The notes under the pieces were generated by a model that was given only the letters and a program-made list of their open reading frames with translations, was not told where the DNA came from and ran no database searches. This document shows, in pieces, positions 1-10,103 of a DNA stretch of 64,000 nucleotides. Location: assembly GCA_041394485.1 (NCBI GenBank), contig JAWKIE010000024.1, forward strand, positions 1,305 to 65,304, given 5' to 3'. The position numbers and the translations under genes were made by a program. Source of the DNA: Microthrixaceae bacterium. GTDB lineage: Bacteria; Actinomycetota; Acidimicrobiia; Acidimicrobiales; Microtrichaceae. Position 1 is the stretch's first letter. The number at the start of each line of letters is the position of its first letter.

Positions 1-975
1 CGGCTCGGTGAGGATCGACGTGAGCGCCGCCCGGTCGAGGTCGTCGACCACGCCGATCACCGGCAGGCGGCCGACGAATTCGGGGATCAGTCCGAACTTC
101 AGCAGGTCCTCCGGCATCACCTGGCGGAACAGGGCGCCGGTGTCCTTCTCGTGCAGCGTGCGCACCTCGGCGCCGAAGCCCATCGACTTCTTGCCCACCC
201 GGTTCTCGATGATGCCGTCCAACCCGGCGAAGGCGCCGGCGCAGATGAACAGCACGTTGGCCGTGTCGATCTGGATGAACTCCTGGTGGGATGCCCGCCC
301 GCCTGAGGGCACCGACGCCACCGTGCCCTCCGGATCTTCAGCGCCTGCTGCACGCCTCGCCGGAGACGTCCCGGGTGATCGACGGTTCTCGGCCTGGCCT
401 TGCGGGCCACCTTGTCGATCTCGTCGATGTAGATGATGCCGGTCTCGGCCTTCTTCACATCGAAGTCGGCGGCCTGCAACAGCTTCAGCGGGGATGTTCT
501 CGACGTCCTCGCCGACGTACCCGGCCTCGGTCAGGCTGGTGGCGTCGGCCACGGCAAGGGGCACGTTCAGCATGCGGGCCGCGTCTGGGCCATCAGAGGT
601 CTTGCCGCAGCCGGTGGGACCCAGCATCAGAATGTTGTAGCGGACAGCTCGACGTCGTCGCGACCGGTCTTCTGCTGGTGCTGCACCCGCTTGCTTAGTG
701 GTTGTAGACCGCCACGCTGAAGATGCGCCTTCGCCGTTTGTCCTGCCCGATGATGTACTCGTCGAGGAAGGCGAGATCTCCTTGGGCTTCGGCAGGTGCT
801 CGAGCGTGAAGTCGGAGCCCTCGGCCAGCTCCTCCTCGATGATCTCGTTGCACAACTCGATGCACTCGTCGCAGATGTACACGCCGGGTCCGGCGATCAG
901 CTTCTTGACCTGCTTCTGCGACTTCCCGCAGAAGGAGCACTTGAGGAGTTCGCTGCCTCCATCAAACTTTGCCAC
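1..975 (-). CDS. clpX: ATP-dependent Clp protease ATP-binding subunit ClpX (5' part, runs off the window; multiple apparent frameshifts)
   Basis: GTG at 975 gives [42 protein letters not shown] (ClpX zinc finger). Further fragments in other frames: [39 protein letters not shown]. Confidence 0.93.
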   Translation of the reverse strand, partial: MAKFDGGSELLKCSFCGKSQKQVKKLIAGPGVYICDECIELCNEIIEEELAEGSDFTLEHLPKPKEISPSSTSTSSGRTNGEGASSAWRSTTTKQAGAAPAEDRSRRRRAVRYNILMLGPTGCGKTSDGPDAARMLNVPLAVADATSLTEAGYVGEDVENIPAEAVAGRRLRCEEGRDRHHLHRRDRQGGPQGQAENRRSPGTSPARRAAGAEDPEGTVASVPSGGRASHQEFIQIDTANVLFICAGAFAGLDGIIENRVGKKSMGFGAEVRTLHEKDTGALFRQVMPEDLLKFGLIPEFVGRLPVIGVVDDLDRAALTSILTEP

Positions 976-1142
976 GTCGTCGGCCTCTCCCTGGTTGCTC
1001 GCCCGGTGGGGTTCCCAGCGTAGGCGGCGCGCCGCCGAGCCTCGGGGACCTGTGCCTCGCTGGGCGTTCGGTGTAGGACACGCCCGAAGCGGGCGGTGCC
1101 CGAATTCCTGGCCGCCACCCCGCCCCTCGACGGGGCCGGGTG

Positions 1143-1825
1143 CTACTTCGGCGGAGCGATCGGCCCGTCGGTGCGCTCGCCGGTGCGGGCGTCGATCACG
1201 TCGTCGATCACGCCGTAGGCCTTGGCCTCCTCGGCGGTCATGATGAAGTCGCGCTCGGTGTCGGTGGCGATCTTCTCGATGTCCTGGCCGGTGTGATGGG
1301 CCAACACGCCCTCCAGGGCCACCTTCATGCGCTGAATCTCCTTGGCGGCGATCTCGATGTCGGAGGCCTGCGCATAGCCGGACTGGCCGTGCGGCTGATG
1401 GTTGGCTGCGCAGGCGTGGGGCAGAGGCGAGACACTTCCCGGGCGTCACGGCGGCTAGCCGCGCTGCTGGCGGGTACCTGACCAGCCGGTCGTGTTGATC
1501 TCGGGCGGATGTACTGCATCGTGTCGTGGTCGCAGACAGCGTTGATGTCGCCGCCGGGCGAGTTGATGTAGAGGTTGATGTCCTTGTCCGGGTCCTCACC
1601 CTCGAGGAATAGCAGCTGGGCGCAGACCAGGTTGGCCACCGTGTCGTCGATCGGCGTCGACAGGAAGATGATGTTCTCCCGAAGCAGCCGGGAGTAGAGG
1701 TCGCTGTAGCGCTCCCCTCGCGAGGTCTGCTCGATGACGTTGGGCACCATGTAGTTGGTGGCCACCAGGCCGGCCTGCCCGGCGGCGGGCTGTTCGATAC
1801 TGGCGATGTGGGGTGGGTGGGTCAT
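1143..1825 (-). CDS. clpP: ATP-dependent Clp protease proteolytic subunit (frameshifted around 1330-1540)
   Basis: [29 protein letters not shown]...[11 protein letters not shown] in one frame; [23 protein letters not shown] in another. Lies between tig and clpX. Confidence 0.92.
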
Positions 1826-1826
1826 C

Positions 1827-3335
1827 TCAGGCCTCGGCTTCGGGGTCGTTCGTCTCCGCGTCGGACTGCGCAGAGTCGCCGTCGACGGTATCGGCGGACC
1901 CCGCAGTGTCCTCCGCCGCGCCGTCGCCTGCCTCGTCACCCGCTGCGTCGTGGCCGTCGTGCTCGTCGCTGTGGTCGTGCGGGTCGATCCTCAGCAGCTC
2001 CGGGTCCACCGGGGCGCCGGTGGCGTCGGTGATCGACGCCGTGTCGATCAGCCAGTCCATCGCCTTGCGCTTGGCGATGTCGGCACGCAGCGCCGGCATC
2101 TGGCCGTTGGCGGTCAGGTTGGTGCGGGCGGTCTCGAGATCGACCTCGGCGTGAAACGCCAGGTGCTCGAGTTCCTCGGTGACCTCGTCGTCGGAGGGCT
2201 CGAGGCCCTGGTCGGCGGCGACCGCACGGAGGGCCAGGTCCACCTTGGCCTGGCGTCCGCCCTCCTCGGTCAGCTGGGCGCGGAGGTCGTCCGGCTGCTG
2301 GCCGGTCATCTGCAGAAACTGGCTGATCTCGATGCCGGACTGGGCCAGCGAGCGAGCCATCGACTCGAGCTGCTCCTGGGCGGCCGCCTGCACCAGGGCC
2401 TCGGGCACCTCGTCGGTGACCAGGTCGGTCAGCGCCGCTGCCAGCTGATTGCGAACCTCGGCCTGGGCCCGCTCCCGGGCCTGTCCGCTCAGGTTCTCGA
2501 CGATGTCGTCGCGAAGCTCGGCCACCGTCTCGAACTCGGTGGCGTCGGCCACCCACTCGTCGGTCAGCTCTGGCAGCTGGCGCTCCTGGAGCCCGACCAC
2601 CTCGACGTTGAACGTGATCGGCGCCGCCTCGACGTCCTCGTCGGCCTCCTCCTCGTCGGGGTCCGGTGCCGGCGCCGACGGGTCGGCGGCCTCGAACGTG
2701 GTCGACTCCCCGACCTCCAGGCCCAACAGGTTGGTGTCGAGCTCGGGCACCACGCCGCCGGAACCCACCTGGTAGAGGTAGCTCTCGGCGGTCATCCCGG
2801 CGATCTCCTCGCCGTCGCGGGTGGCCACCAGGTTGAGCGTGGCGTAGTCGTCGGTGGCGATCGGCCGCTCGACGTCGGTCAGCTCGCCGAACTGCGTGCG
2901 CAGCTTGTCGATCTGGTCGGCCACCTCGTCGTCGCCCGGGTGCGGGTTGGCGATCGTCACCTCGAGGCTGCCGTAGCCCTCGATCGTCAGCTCGGGGCGG
3001 ACCTCGACGGTGGCGGAGAACACGACCTGACCGGCCTCGGCGCCCTCGTCCAACTCGATGTCCGGCTGGTCGATCGCGTCAACCTCGTGGTCGCGCAGGG
3101 CCTCCTCGTAGGCGCGGGGCACCGCCGCCTGGATGGCCTCGCCGCGGGCGTAGCCCTCGTCGACCCGGCTCTTCACCACCTGCTTGGGCACCTTGCCCTT
3201 GCGGAAGCCGGGCAGGTTCGCCTCTTTGGCGATCTTCCCCCAGGCCTCATCGAGCGCGGCGTCGAACGCCTCATCGCTGAGTTCGACGCGAATCTTGACC
3301 TTGTTGCCCTCGAGGGGCTCTACAGCTGAGTTCAT
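1827..3335 (-). CDS. tig: Trigger factor
   Basis: GFRKGKVP ribosome-binding motif; upstream of clpP-clpX. Confidence 0.96.
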   Translation of the reverse strand: MNSAVEPLEGNKVKIRVELSDEAFDAALDEAWGKIAKEANLPGFRKGKVPKQVVKSRVDEGYARGEAIQAAVPRAYEEALRDHEVDAIDQPDIELDEGAEAGQVVFSATVEVRPELTIEGYGSLEVTIANPHPGDDEVADQIDKLRTQFGELTDVERPIATDDYATLNLVATRDGEEIAGMTAESYLYQVGSGGVVPELDTNLLGLEVGESTTFEAADPSAPAPDPDEEEADEDVEAAPITFNVEVVGLQERQLPELTDEWVADATEFETVAELRDDIVENLSGQARERAQAEVRNQLAAALTDLVTDEVPEALVQAAAQEQLESMARSLAQSGIEISQFLQMTGQQPDDLRAQLTEEGGRQAKVDLALRAVAADQGLEPSDDEVTEELEHLAFHAEVDLETARTNLTANGQMPALRADIAKRKAMDWLIDTASITDATGAPVDPELLRIDPHDHSDEHDGHDAAGDEAGDGAAEDTAGSADTVDGDSAQSDAETNDPEAEA

Positions 3336-3347
3336 CGGTCGAGCATC

Positions 3348-3635
3348 CTAGGGGTCCGAGGGGCGGGGCTCCGAACGGGGCGGCGAGATGTCGCCGTTCT
3401 CGGCCGCCACGATCGCCGGTCGGACCCGCAGCAGGTAGTAGAGCGAGATCCCGACCCCGAGGATCGACAGGAAGGTCCCCACCAGGATCATCGCCATCCA
3501 CATCGCCTGGGGTCGCTCGGCCAACGACCAGGCCCAGGCGGGCCGGCGGGCGGCGTCGAGCAGTGCGATCACCGACAGGGCCAACGGGGCGGCCGCCACG
3601 ATCACCACCCCGAGGGTCACCAGCACGTCGCCCAT
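3348..3635 (-). CDS. Small membrane protein, DUF2516-like
   Basis: MGDVLVTLG...ALLDAARRPAWAW...YYLLRVRPAI; hydrophobic segments. Confidence 0.65.
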   Translation of the reverse strand: MGDVLVTLGVVIVAAAPLALSVIALLDAARRPAWAWSLAERPQAMWMAMILVGTFLSILGVGISLYYLLRVRPAIVAAENGDISPPRSEPRPSDP

Positions 3636-3719
3636 GCCGCGAGTCTGGTCGACGGTCGGAATCGCTGCGGGGTCCCACGGCGACGCCCGATAGTCTCTCC
3701 CGGTCGACAACGTCGTCCA

Positions 3720-3793
3720 CGGGACGTGGCGCAGCCTGGTAGCGCACCTGCTTTGGGAGCAGGGGGTCGGGAGTTCAAATCTCCCCGTCCCGA
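3720..3793 (+). tRNA. tRNA-Pro(TGG)
   Basis: Acceptor CGGGACG/CGTCCCG; anticodon arm CCTGC-TTTGGGA-GCAGG; T-loop GTTCAAAT. Confidence 0.97.
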
Positions 3794-3873
3794 CGAGATT
3801 GTTGCAACGACCATGTTTGGTCGCCGCCGGCGTGGGTACCACTGCAGTCCCCCACGAACGAGGAGGCCATCAC

Positions 3874-4116
3874 ATGGCAGACAGCAACGATTCCGCAGCC
3901 GAGAAGGGCGTCAAGGGCGTCGTCGAGGACGCCAAGGGCCGGGCCAAGGAGGCCGTCGGCTCGATCGTCGGCAACGACGACCTGAAGCAGGAGGGTGAGG
4001 CCCAGCAGGACAAGGCCGACGCCCAGCGCGAGGCCGCCGACGCCCAGGCCGAGGCCCGCAAGGCCGACGCCAAGGCCGAGGCCAGCGAGGCCCGCCAGGA
4101 GTCCAAGCAGGACTGA
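3874..4116 (+). CDS. CsbD-like stress protein
   Basis: KGVVEDAKGRAKEAVGSIVGNDDLKQEGEAQQDKA; AGGAGG RBS upstream. Confidence 0.85.
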   Translation: MADSNDSAAEKGVKGVVEDAKGRAKEAVGSIVGNDDLKQEGEAQQDKADAQREAADAQAEARKADAKAEASEARQESKQD

Positions 4117-4140
4117 GTACCCCGGTCCTCGGACCGAACT

Positions 4141-4176
4141 CGATGGCCCACCGGGACGATTTCCGGTGGGCCATCG
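4141..4176 (+). terminator. Stem-loop downstream of the CsbD-like gene
   Basis: CGATGGCCCACCGG / CCGGTGGGCCATCG, a 14-bp perfect inverted repeat. Confidence 0.65.
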
Positions 4177-4208
4177 CCGCGTCCGGGCGACTACAATCGA
4201 CGCATCCC

Positions 4209-4279
4209 GCGGGTGTAGCTCAATGGCAGAGTTCCAGTCTTCCAAACTGGCTATGCGAGTTCGATCCTCGTCACCCGCT
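4209..4279 (+). tRNA. tRNA-Gly(TCC)
   Basis: Acceptor GCGGGTG/CACCCGC; anticodon arm CCAGT-CTTCCAA-ACTGG; GTTCGAT. Confidence 0.96.
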
Positions 4280-4340
4280 CTCTCGACAACCGAACGCTGC
4301 ACCGCAGCCGAGCACTGCGCCGCCCGGCTGCCACCGCCGC

Positions 4341-5507
4341 TCAGGTGGTGTAGTCGGCGTTGATCCGGACGTACCCGTCGGTCAGGTCACAGCCGTAGAC
4401 CGTCCAGGCCCCGTCGGCGATACCGAGGTCGACGACGATGTGCACCTCGTCGCCGCGCATGTACTCCGACAGCGCCGCCAGACCCGCCTCGTCGGGGGAC
4501 GCCGGATACACCTCGTCGTCGCCGAATCGCACCGTGACCGACTCCGGGTGGATGTCGGAGTCGCCCGACAGCTTCCCGATCGCCATCACCACCCGACCCC
4601 AGTTGGGATCGGCGCCGTGCACGGCGGTCTTCACCAGCGGTGAGTTGACCACCGCCTTCGCCGCCCGTCGGGCCTGGTCGTCGTCCCGGGCCCCCTCCAC
4701 GCGCACGACCAGCAGCGTCTCGGCACCCTCGCCGTCGCTCGCCAGCTGCCGGGTGAGATCGAGGCACACCTGCTCCAGCCCCTCCTCGAACGCACCGGGG
4801 TCGACCGGGCCCGCCAGGCCCGAGGCCAGGATCGCCGCCGTGTCCGACGTGGAGGTGTCGGTGTCGACCGACAACGAATTGAAGGTGCGGTCGACGACCC
4901 CGCCGAAGATCCGGTTCAGCTCCGCCGCGGGCAGCTCGGCGTCGGTGAAGACGAAGGCCAGCATCGTGGCCATGTCCGGCTCGATCATGCCCACGCCCTT
5001 GGCCATGCCGACCACCCGGCACTCACCGACCTGCGCCTCGGCCACCTTCGGGTGGGTGTCGGTGGTCATCATCGCCTCGGCGACGACGACCGCGTCGCTC
5101 ACCGGGAAGCGCTCGCCCCACCCGGGTTGGGCCGCCAGCCCGTCGAGGTACCGGCGAACCCTGTCCATCGGGTAGGGGCGCCCGATCACGCCGGTGGAGG
5201 TCACCAAAACGTCGGTTGGCGGCGCGTCGACCAGGTCGCCGACGCGGGCGGCCAGCTCCTCGGCGTTGGCCAGACCGGTTGCACCGGTGGCCACGTTGGC
5301 GTTCTTGGACACCACGACCACCGCGCGCAGCCGTTCGTCGGCCATCGAGCGTTGCGACACCTCCACCGACGGTCCGGCAAACCGGCTCCGGGTGAAGCGC
5401 GCCGCCGCGGTGGCCGCCCCCGAGCAGGCGACGACCGCGAAGTCCGTGCTGTCGTCGCGGATGCCGATGTGGCCGACGTGAGCGGCGAAGCCGGAGGGGA
5501 GTTCCAT
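4341..5507 (-). CDS. argJ: Glutamate N-acetyltransferase / ornithine acetyltransferase ArgJ
   Basis: NANVATG, STGVIG, MMTTDT, AKGVGMIEPDMATML, DTDTSTSDT, SPLVKTAVHGADPNWGR, YVRINADYTT. Confidence 0.95.
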   Translation of the reverse strand: MELPSGFAAHVGHIGIRDDSTDFAVVACSGAATAAARFTRSRFAGPSVEVSQRSMADERLRAVVVVSKNANVATGATGLANAEELAARVGDLVDAPPTDVLVTSTGVIGRPYPMDRVRRYLDGLAAQPGWGERFPVSDAVVVAEAMMTTDTHPKVAEAQVGECRVVGMAKGVGMIEPDMATMLAFVFTDAELPAAELNRIFGGVVDRTFNSLSVDTDTSTSDTAAILASGLAGPVDPGAFEEGLEQVCLDLTRQLASDGEGAETLLVVRVEGARDDDQARRAAKAVVNSPLVKTAVHGADPNWGRVVMAIGKLSGDSDIHPESVTVRFGDDEVYPASPDEAGLAALSEYMRGDEVHIVVDLGIADGAWTVYGCDLTDGYVRINADYTT

Positions 5508-5599
5508 GTGCACCACATTAGGTTTGGGCCGGACCCGCCCGGCCTGCGCCGGGCGACCCGCTGATCTCCACCACCACCCGTCCCCGCCACTGGAGCGCC

Positions 5600-6748
5600 A
5601 TGGAACGCACGCTGTTCGACGACGACCACGACCTGTTTCGCGCCAGCATCGCCGATTGGATCGCCGCCGAGGTGGCCCCCCGCTACCTCGAGTGGGAGGA
5701 GGCCGGCATCGCCCCTCGCAGCCTGTTCACCGATGCCGGGTCACACGGATTCCTCGGCATGGCGGTTCCGGAGGAGTACGGCGGCGGAGGGTCCGACGAC
5801 TTCCGCTTCAACGTCGTGCTCGCCGAGGAGCTTGCCGCCGCCGGCATCGGAGGCGCCGGGTTGGGCCTGACCCTCCACAACGACATCACGACGCCGTACT
5901 TCCTGGCCTACTGCGACAACGACCAGCGCGCCCGCTGGCTGCCGGGCATCGCGTCCGGCGAGTTGATCACGGCGGTGGCGATGACCGAACCGGGCATCGG
6001 CTCCGACCTCGCCTCGATGTCCACCACGGCGATCCGCGACGGCGACCACTACGTGCTCTCCGGTTCCAAGACGTTCATCACCAACGGCATCAACGCCGAC
6101 CTGATCATCGTGGCGGCGAAGACCGACCCGTCCGAGCGCCACCGGGGCATCTCGCTGCTGGTGGTCGAGGCGGGCATGGAGGGCTTCGACCGGGGCCGCA
6201 ACCTCGAGAAGGTGGGGCAGCACTCCCAGGACACCGCCGAACTGTTCTTCTCCGAGGTGAAGGTGCCGGTGGCCAACCTGCTTGGCGAGGAGGGGGCCGG
6301 GTTCTCGTACCTGGTGTCCAACCTGGCGCAGGAACGCCTGAGCATCGCGGTCACCGGGGTTGCCACCGCACGGGCGGCCCTGGGGTGGACGCTCGAGTAC
6401 GTCCAGGAGCGCGAGGCGTTCGGCCAGAACGTCGGCTCGTTTCAGAACAGCAGGTTCGTGCTCGCCGAGTGCCACACCGAGGTGGAGGTGGCGCAGGCGT
6501 TCGTCGACCAGGCCCTGCTGGCGCTTGATCGGGGCGCGCTCACCGTCGAGGAGGCGGCGATGGCGAAATGGTGGTGCACCGAGCTTCAGTGCAGGGTGAC
6601 CGACCGGTGCGTCCAGCTGTTCGGTGGCTACGGCTACATGACCGAGTACCCGATCGCCCGGGCCTACGCCGACGCCAGGGTCACCACGATCTACGGGGGC
6701 ACCACCGAGATCATGAAGGAGATTATCGGGCGATCCCTCGGCCTGTAG
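5600..6748 (+). CDS. Acyl-CoA dehydrogenase
   Basis: AMTEPGIGSDL, GSKTFITNG, QLFGGYGYMTEYPIARAYADAR, IYGGTTEIMK. Confidence 0.95.
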   Translation: MERTLFDDDHDLFRASIADWIAAEVAPRYLEWEEAGIAPRSLFTDAGSHGFLGMAVPEEYGGGGSDDFRFNVVLAEELAAAGIGGAGLGLTLHNDITTPYFLAYCDNDQRARWLPGIASGELITAVAMTEPGIGSDLASMSTTAIRDGDHYVLSGSKTFITNGINADLIIVAAKTDPSERHRGISLLVVEAGMEGFDRGRNLEKVGQHSQDTAELFFSEVKVPVANLLGEEGAGFSYLVSNLAQERLSIAVTGVATARAALGWTLEYVQEREAFGQNVGSFQNSRFVLAECHTEVEVAQAFVDQALLALDRGALTVEEAAMAKWWCTELQCRVTDRCVQLFGGYGYMTEYPIARAYADARVTTIYGGTTEIMKEIIGRSLGL

Positions 6749-6769
6749 GCCGCCGGGCGGGACCACCCG

Positions 6770-6884
6770 GAAGCGGGGAGTCAAGGACGCGGTTTTCCGG
6801 CCCTCCGGACTCCCCACTTCGGCGCTGGTGCGCAAGTGGGGAGTTGGGGGCGCGGTTTTCCGGCCTTCCGGACTCCCCACTTCG
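6770..6884. repeat. Two tandem REP-like palindromic units between convergent genes
   Basis: AAG(C/T)GGGGAGT...CGCGGTTTTCCGGCC(C/T)TCCGGACTCCCCACTTCGG occurs twice (6770-6822 and 6834-6884); each folds as a hairpin. Confidence 0.8.
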
Positions 6885-6891
6885 GGTGTGG

Positions 6892-8016
6892 TCAGGCGTC
6901 GGGGCCGGACTCGCCGCCTGCGCAGGTCATGACGCTCGTGCATGAGCGGCGGGAACGGCCGAAGAGGCCGATCTCGTGCATGCCGTACCCGACGTCGCCG
7001 GTCGAGGTCTCGAACCGGGACAGCACCTCGGTCAGGGAGTACCAGGCCCACCCCTCCAGCTCGTCCATCTGCCGGGTCAGGCCCTGCACGACGAGTTCGC
7101 CCTGATACATGCCGTGCCGCCAGTCCTCCTCCACGCCGTAGCCGGTGCCGATGGCCACGTAGGCCCGCAGCAGCGGATTGACGCGGATCTCGAGGGGGCC
7201 GTCGGGGGCCTCGGGAAACGACAGCACCGAGACCCCTTCGGTCCGCCGGGTCCCGGGCGCCAGGGTGTGCGACCACTCGGGGCGACCCAGGTTGGTCTCC
7301 GCAGATCCGTCGTGGGGAACCAATACCGCCTCCTCCAGCGCACGATGGCCGTCGGGCTCCTCCTGAACGATGTAGTGGATCGAGTGGTCGTCGAACTGCA
7401 TCGGGGCGTAGTTCCACAACCCCGCCATCTGACCGCCCTCGCCGCGGATGCCCGGCGGTTCCGCCTCGCCCACCGGCCGAACGCCCCACGACCGGTCCCG
7501 CATGCCCCACCAGGTGGTGTCGTCAACCTCGAAGCGCTCCCCCGCCACCGTGAGCGTGCCCGACCAGCGGCCGTTCTGACAGAACCGTGCGGTGTCGAAG
7601 AGCACCCGGCCGTGCTTGCGGATGAACTGCCTGGGCTCCTCGTGTGCCGGGTGGGTGCCGGTCCAGGTGAGGTCAAAGGCGATCTCGCCGTGCCCCTCCT
7701 CCAGGCGGAAGCGGAGCGACTGCAGCGGCTCGAGCACCTCGAGGTGGAACGGGCCGACATCGAGGTCGCTTCGGTCACCGATGGTGCGGCTGGCCCGCAC
7801 GACGTGGTGCTGGTCGCCGCGGCGAACCACGGCGAACGCGTCCTGGGTGCCCAGGTTGGGGTACTGCCCCAGTCCCATCACCAGGAACAGCTCCCCGGTG
7901 ATGGGAAAGCAGTTGAAGTAGTACCGGTCGTAGAAATTTCGGTCGCTCGTCGCCACGTGCCGGATGGGCTCGGAGCTCTGATGCACGGGATAGTCATCCC
8001 AGGCCGACAGTGTCAT
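6892..8016 (-). CDS. Conserved actinobacterial hypothetical protein (probably all-beta); the C-terminus may be frameshifted
   Basis: DDYPVHQ...SDRNFYDRYYFN...RDRSWGVRP; GGAG RBS upstream. Confidence 0.75.
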   Translation of the reverse strand: MTLSAWDDYPVHQSSEPIRHVATSDRNFYDRYYFNCFPITGELFLVMGLGQYPNLGTQDAFAVVRRGDQHHVVRASRTIGDRSDLDVGPFHLEVLEPLQSLRFRLEEGHGEIAFDLTWTGTHPAHEEPRQFIRKHGRVLFDTARFCQNGRWSGTLTVAGERFEVDDTTWWGMRDRSWGVRPVGEAEPPGIRGEGGQMAGLWNYAPMQFDDHSIHYIVQEEPDGHRALEEAVLVPHDGSAETNLGRPEWSHTLAPGTRRTEGVSVLSFPEAPDGPLEIRVNPLLRAYVAIGTGYGVEEDWRHGMYQGELVVQGLTRQMDELEGWAWYSLTEVLSRFETSTGDVGYGMHEIGLFGRSRRSCTSVMTCAGGESGPDA

Positions 8017-8159
8017 GCGTTCTCCCCAGGTTCGGCGGCGCCGGGCGCCGTCTTCGCACGCCACCGTAGGACATCGGCGGGCGGCCGCGGACACCTCCCG
8101 AAACCGCAGCGAGCGCCCTCAGGGCACGAACCAATCAAAACCTCGGTAGCGTTGCGGGC

Positions 8160-8861
8160 ATGGCTGGTTCGGCTCAGGAACTCGGGGAACCCGCCGGCGA
8201 TCCCGACCCCTCGACGACCGATGAGGAATCCGAGGCCGGCACCGACGCCCAGCCCCGTGCGGAGTGGATCCAACGGGTCCGCTCCACCCTTGGCGTCGCC
8301 GTGGTGGCGATCACCTGCGCCTTCATCGCCGTCTACGCCATGCCCGACTCCCCCATCAAGGACCAGGTGCCCACCTGGGTGTACGACACGGGCAACGCCA
8401 TCACGCTCAACCAGAACTGGGCGCTGTTCGCCCCCGACCCGCCGACGACCGACGTCCGCCTCGATGTGGTGGTGACCGACGCCGACGGCACCGTGAGCGT
8501 CGAGTCGCTCCCGTCCGGGCCCGCTTGGCTGCCGACGGCCCGATCGGAGCGGTGGCGCAAGATCCGGGAGCGCGTGACCCCGACCTCCGCCTCGGAGCGG
8601 TGGCCCGAGTTGATCAACTGGTCGCTCCGACAACTGCAGGCGGACGGGCGCGACCCACAGCGCATCGAGTTGCGGCGTCGGTGGATTTCCCGGGAGGCCG
8701 ACGACCCCACCGACGTCGGCACCGAGCAGAGCTTCACCTTCGCCCGGCTGGACGTCGCCACCAACGACTACGTGGTGCTCGACCCGGAGGCCCCCGGGGC
8801 GGTCAAGGAACAACCGGCCGACGACTCCCCGAGTGGTGAGGCCGAGGAGAGCGACCAGTGA
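8160..8861 (+). CDS. DUF5819 / SdpA-like membrane-anchored protein
   Basis: One N-terminal TM segment, then NQNWALFAPDPP. The stop overlaps the start of the HTTM gene. A TAGCGT -10 element lies 7 nt before the ATG. Confidence 0.72.
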   Translation: MAGSAQELGEPAGDPDPSTTDEESEAGTDAQPRAEWIQRVRSTLGVAVVAITCAFIAVYAMPDSPIKDQVPTWVYDTGNAITLNQNWALFAPDPPTTDVRLDVVVTDADGTVSVESLPSGPAWLPTARSERWRKIRERVTPTSASERWPELINWSLRQLQADGRDPQRIELRRRWISREADDPTDVGTEQSFTFARLDVATNDYVVLDPEAPGAVKEQPADDSPSGEAEESDQ

Positions 8862-9922
8862 GCGACGCGAAGCAGCCTCGGGTTGGCGTCCGCGAGCTGG
8901 TCGCCACCCCGGCACGACTCATCGGCGACGCGTTGCTCCGGCCCCAACGCCTGGACAACTGGGTACTGCTGCGCGGTGGCGTCGGCGCCCTCGTGGTGGT
9001 GTGGGCGATGACGCTCCTGCCCGACCTCGGCGACTTCTATGGCCCGGCCTCGATCGTGCCGTCGCAGGGCCCCCGCCCCACCCAGTTCTCGGTCTTCAAG
9101 TGGTGGAGCGGCGACATGGCCGTGGGCGTCGTGCTCGGCCTGGCGGTGCTCGGCGGACTCGCCCTCATCGTGGGCGTTGGCGTGCGTCTCGCCGCACCGG
9201 TCACCTACGTGGCGGTCACCAGCCTGATGTTCTCAGCGCCGCTCATCCTCAACGGCGGCGACGACGTGCTGCGACTGCTGTTGTTGTTTGTGGCCCTCTA
9301 TGCGCTGATCGCCCCGGCGACCGGGCTCGACACCCCCGTCGGCGAGCTTGGCCGTGGACCGGCGCCCAGCGGACCACCCTGGGGCCTGGTCGTGATCCGC
9401 ATCCAGATCGCCGCCATGTACGTGGTGACCGTGATGGACAAGATGGAGGGGAGCACCTGGCTGGGTGGCACCGCCACCGTTCGAGCATTGAACCTCGACA
9501 CGATGCGGCGGTTCTGGGTGCCCGACGTCGTCGTCACCTCCGCCTTGGCCCACAACCTGATGACGTGGGGCACGCTGATCACCGAGATCGCACTTCCGGT
9601 GCTGCTCCTCAACCGGCGCACCCGCCGATGGGGCGTCGTCCTCGGCCTGTGCTTCCACGCCTCGCTCGGCTACGTCCTGAGATTGGGGCTGTTTCCCGCC
9701 ACGGTGGGCGTTGCCTACCTGGCGTTTCTGACCCCCGAGGACGCAGCAGCCGTCGTCGGTTGGATTCGATCTTCGGCGACCAGGATGCTGCCGTCGCGTC
9801 GTCGGTCCACCCAGCCGACCGAACCTCACCCTGAGTGGCCGGTTGCCCACGAAGCCGCCGCCGCCACCTCCCCGCCTGCCCAGAACGACGACCACGTTGG
9901 GCGCGACGGCCTTCCTGAATAG
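8858..9922 (+). CDS. HTTM domain (SdpB / vitamin K-dependent carboxylase-like) membrane protein
   Basis: Multiple TM segments; NGGD, QIAAMY...DKMEGSTWLGGTA, TWGTLITE, FHASLG...LGLF motifs. Confidence 0.85.
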   Translation: MSDAKQPRVGVRELVATPARLIGDALLRPQRLDNWVLLRGGVGALVVVWAMTLLPDLGDFYGPASIVPSQGPRPTQFSVFKWWSGDMAVGVVLGLAVLGGLALIVGVGVRLAAPVTYVAVTSLMFSAPLILNGGDDVLRLLLLFVALYALIAPATGLDTPVGELGRGPAPSGPPWGLVVIRIQIAAMYVVTVMDKMEGSTWLGGTATVRALNLDTMRRFWVPDVVVTSALAHNLMTWGTLITEIALPVLLLNRRTRRWGVVLGLCFHASLGYVLRLGLFPATVGVAYLAFLTPEDAAAVVGWIRSSATRMLPSRRRSTQPTEPHPEWPVAHEAAAATSPPAQNDDHVGRDGLPE

Positions 9923-10103
9923 GCCGTTTGAATCATTCCGCAAACACTCAGCGTTGCGCGGAACCCGCCAACTTCGTTGCAATATCACGGCGCGTCGCTT
10001 CGCGGAACGCTCCGGACACGGTGCGCGTTGACTCTGTGACCACTCGACATTTCACTCTCCGTGGGTATGCTTCGCTCGGGCTTACTCACAGGAGCGGGAA
10101 CTC

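Noticed and set aside
1-1825. clpX and clpP as genuine pseudogenes
   Set aside because: These are usually essential genes, and the dense indels cluster at the sequence end, which fits low-quality sequence better than decay.
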